DNA of 63,598 bases, counting the filler, from Rhabdomonas costata (lineage: Eukaryota): NCBI GenBank assembly GCA_019059605.1. It is 49 parts of 49 records of this genome, joined end to end, with 100 filler letters (N's around TTAATTAATTAA, not from the genome) between each part and the next. Parts side by side here need not be neighbours in the genome. Positions count along the whole stretch, not along the records: positions 61,099 to 62,298 come from JAHMHO010023901.1; positions 62,399 to 63,598 come from JAHMHO010023902.1; 47 more parts are not named here. One strand, given 5' to 3'. Each line of letters begins with the position of its first letter. Positions within the stretch are counted from its first letter, which is position 1. A model generated the notes under the pieces. It had not been told where the DNA came from, did not search any database, and saw nothing but the letters and a program-made list of their open reading frames with translations. The translations under genes were made by a program, and so were the position numbers. This document shows, in pieces, positions 61,403-63,598 of this stretch.

Positions 61403-63598
61403 GCCGTTGTCAACCATTGGAAAAGTGAAGAAGAAATAGGGAAGCAAAGTCTGGTTTTGTACAGAGAGCACAAATCCATCCAATTCACCGTGAGCACTAC
61501 ACATCCCCCAGACAGAATGCTCTCAAGAATACGGCAATTTCGGAATGGAAAAGCTCGGTTCTGGTGAGCCAATTGACATTGTACACTAAAGGTGCAACTG
61601 GTGAGCATATGCACAGCATAAGTGGGTAACTTGCCCAGCTTTAAAGTTCGAAACGTTTAATCGCAGCTGTCCAAGGAGCTGACCAAGGACCAACTCTTTC
61701 TTTTTAGCACTGGCCACCCCACGCATCGCTGGCGCCCCGCCTTCGGGTTCGAACTGCTTAGATACCTCACGCAGACCGAAGACCTTTTTTCTTATGCCGA
61801 AGGACAGATGCACGCAGTGCTGCATCTGCGCAGCTGTTGCAGCAATAGGGCACCGTAAATGGCGGGAAAGTGAGTTTAAACAGCTCCCGCCTTGAGGCAC
61901 TGGATTTTAAGTAGGATAGGATGAGGAGAACAGGCGTAAGAAAGGGTAAGCTGCGGTTATTTTAGTTCTTCCGCGGGGACACGGACAAACTAACTGTTCA
62001 AGACGCACTACACTGCTGCTTGGATCCCTTGTTTTTCCCTTAGGTGAGCGGGTTTGAGTGGAAAGTCGAGACCACCCACCGTTAAAAAATAACTGCTTGG
62101 GTGGTGAGCCTTGGCCCAGAGAGCCCCCGACTTCACTTATCACACATCGTCCACGCTTTCGATTTTTCAAAGAGCCACAGCGGAAACCACAAGGTTCACA
62201 GGGAAGAGAGGAGGTCAACCGCGGAAGAACTAAAATAACCGCAGCTTACCCTTTCTTACGCCTGTTCTCCTCATCCTATCCTACTTAAAACCCAACACNN
62301 NNNNNNNNNNNNNNNNNNNNNNNNNNNNNNNNNNNNNNNNNNTTAATTAATTAANNNNNNNNNNNNNNNNNNNNNNNNNNNNNNNNNNNNNNNNNNNNAG
62401 GGCTGAAATGGATTAGCAGGGAAAACAACCCCAAGGTGAGGCCAAAAGGAAATTGCGCAGGGGCTGCGCTAAATTCGTTGTCTGCACTTTTTTATCGTGC
62501 TCTTTCTTAGGAGCTTTGTTGGAAACAGGCAACATCTACTCCACGGCGATACTTTGCAAAAGCAGCCTGCTCTGGGCTCATCCGGGACATGCAGTTGCTC
62601 CCCTCAGATAAAATATTGCCCGTTTCACCTCAAAGCTGAGGTGGAGAAACGTTTCCAAAAAAGGAGACATTTCGGACTTTCAGAGGTTTGGAGGGGGAGA
62701 TATTTCGATTTTCACCCATATTGTCTGAATGAAATGCGCCTGTGAGTGTTTCCTGATGAATTTGGGTGGGTGAGCTGGGTGCCGTTTTTGAACCAGAAAG
62801 ACACCCCTGCTTCCAAGAATTGCCCCCATTTTTGCTGGCAGTGGTTGCTTTAAGGCAACTGAAGGAAACTATTCATTTTGATGTGCATCTTTCGTCGGAG
62901 TTCTGACACATTGATGTTTGCGTGGGAAACTCTCACTTTTGACATGAAACGGGCCATGTAAATATCATCCAGAGACATGCAAAAGCGAAGAACAAAGCCG
63001 CTTGGAGGCCAATAATTGATTCCAAACCCACACGTACGCATACACACACGCGTTCGCGAATTTCGAAGTGTTTTCCCACATTATTTTCACATTTTTTCGG
63101 TACCCATGAAAAACGTTTTCTTTCCTGGTTTGATGTTGCAACCGTAAATCCATGTCTAATTCTGCGTAATAAAAAAAGAACGCAAAATCGGCGTTGCCAA
63201 AGCGTCGCATACATTGGTTGCGTAATCTTGTCCAAGTCCTCGGCAAAGGCACGAGCATCTGCGCAAAGGGTACACCCGAAAATCTCGTCGAGTGCGTTGC
63301 GAAGGCCGAGAAAGGTGGACGGGAAAAAGAGAGTTCGCAGCCCTGATTTGTCCGAGCACCGAGAGCTACCGCCCCTACGTGTGTGGGTCTTGAGGAGCAA
63401 AACTCGCGGACGTTGATTCCGTTGCTTCGGTTGTAGGGGGCTTCAGATGCTTCAAATGCGAACTGTCACGGTGGATAACTCCGCTCCAATACAGATGCGT
63501 TGTTCCGCAAAAGAAGAACTCCACAATGGCGGCACGTCTGCCCCCGGCTATGTCACCTTTTGGGAGCGATGGTGGCGTGGGAAAAGTGAAGGGTGTGA

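Noticed and set aside
61905-62290. Perfect 72-bp inverted repeat (61905-61976 / 62219-62290)
   Set aside because: The second arm terminates the contig and no target-site duplication is visible, so it is most likely a template-switch chimera.

Overview
This window is not a contiguous locus. It is 49 unrelated contigs of about 1.2 kb joined by a 100-nt artificial linker (N44-TTAATTAATTAA-N44), so adjacency across linkers means nothing. Most contigs begin with G/T-only bases and end with A/C-only bases, and three end in fold-back inversions, which points to whole-genome-amplified (probably single-cell) DNA. The host is an intron-rich flagellate eukaryote, most likely a euglenid. The evidence is a Euglena-type 5S rRNA, GT-AG introns plus several probable GC-AG introns, at least one non-AG junction fitting euglenid nonconventional introns, many receptor-cyclase-like fragments, and CFAP65. 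Recognisable spliced gene fragments are CDC50/LEM3, BolA, a Sel1-like protein, a Mind-bomb SH3-like exon, RecQ, UBE2H/Ubc8, WD40, TPR, an ABCG/PDR transporter, a P4-ATPase, CFAP65, a class-3 lipase and a Cys-rich exon-repeat surface protein. There are also two Ty3/gypsy integrase remnants and a Tc1/mariner remnant. The stand-out items are an AT-rich giant-virus-like contig with Mimiviridae-style terminal hairpins, a RecQ exon running straight into the first exon of UBE2H, the non-canonical splice sites, and several strongly motif-biased non-coding contigs. All homology calls are from remembered motifs, not database searches, and many ORFs in the supplied track are spurious.
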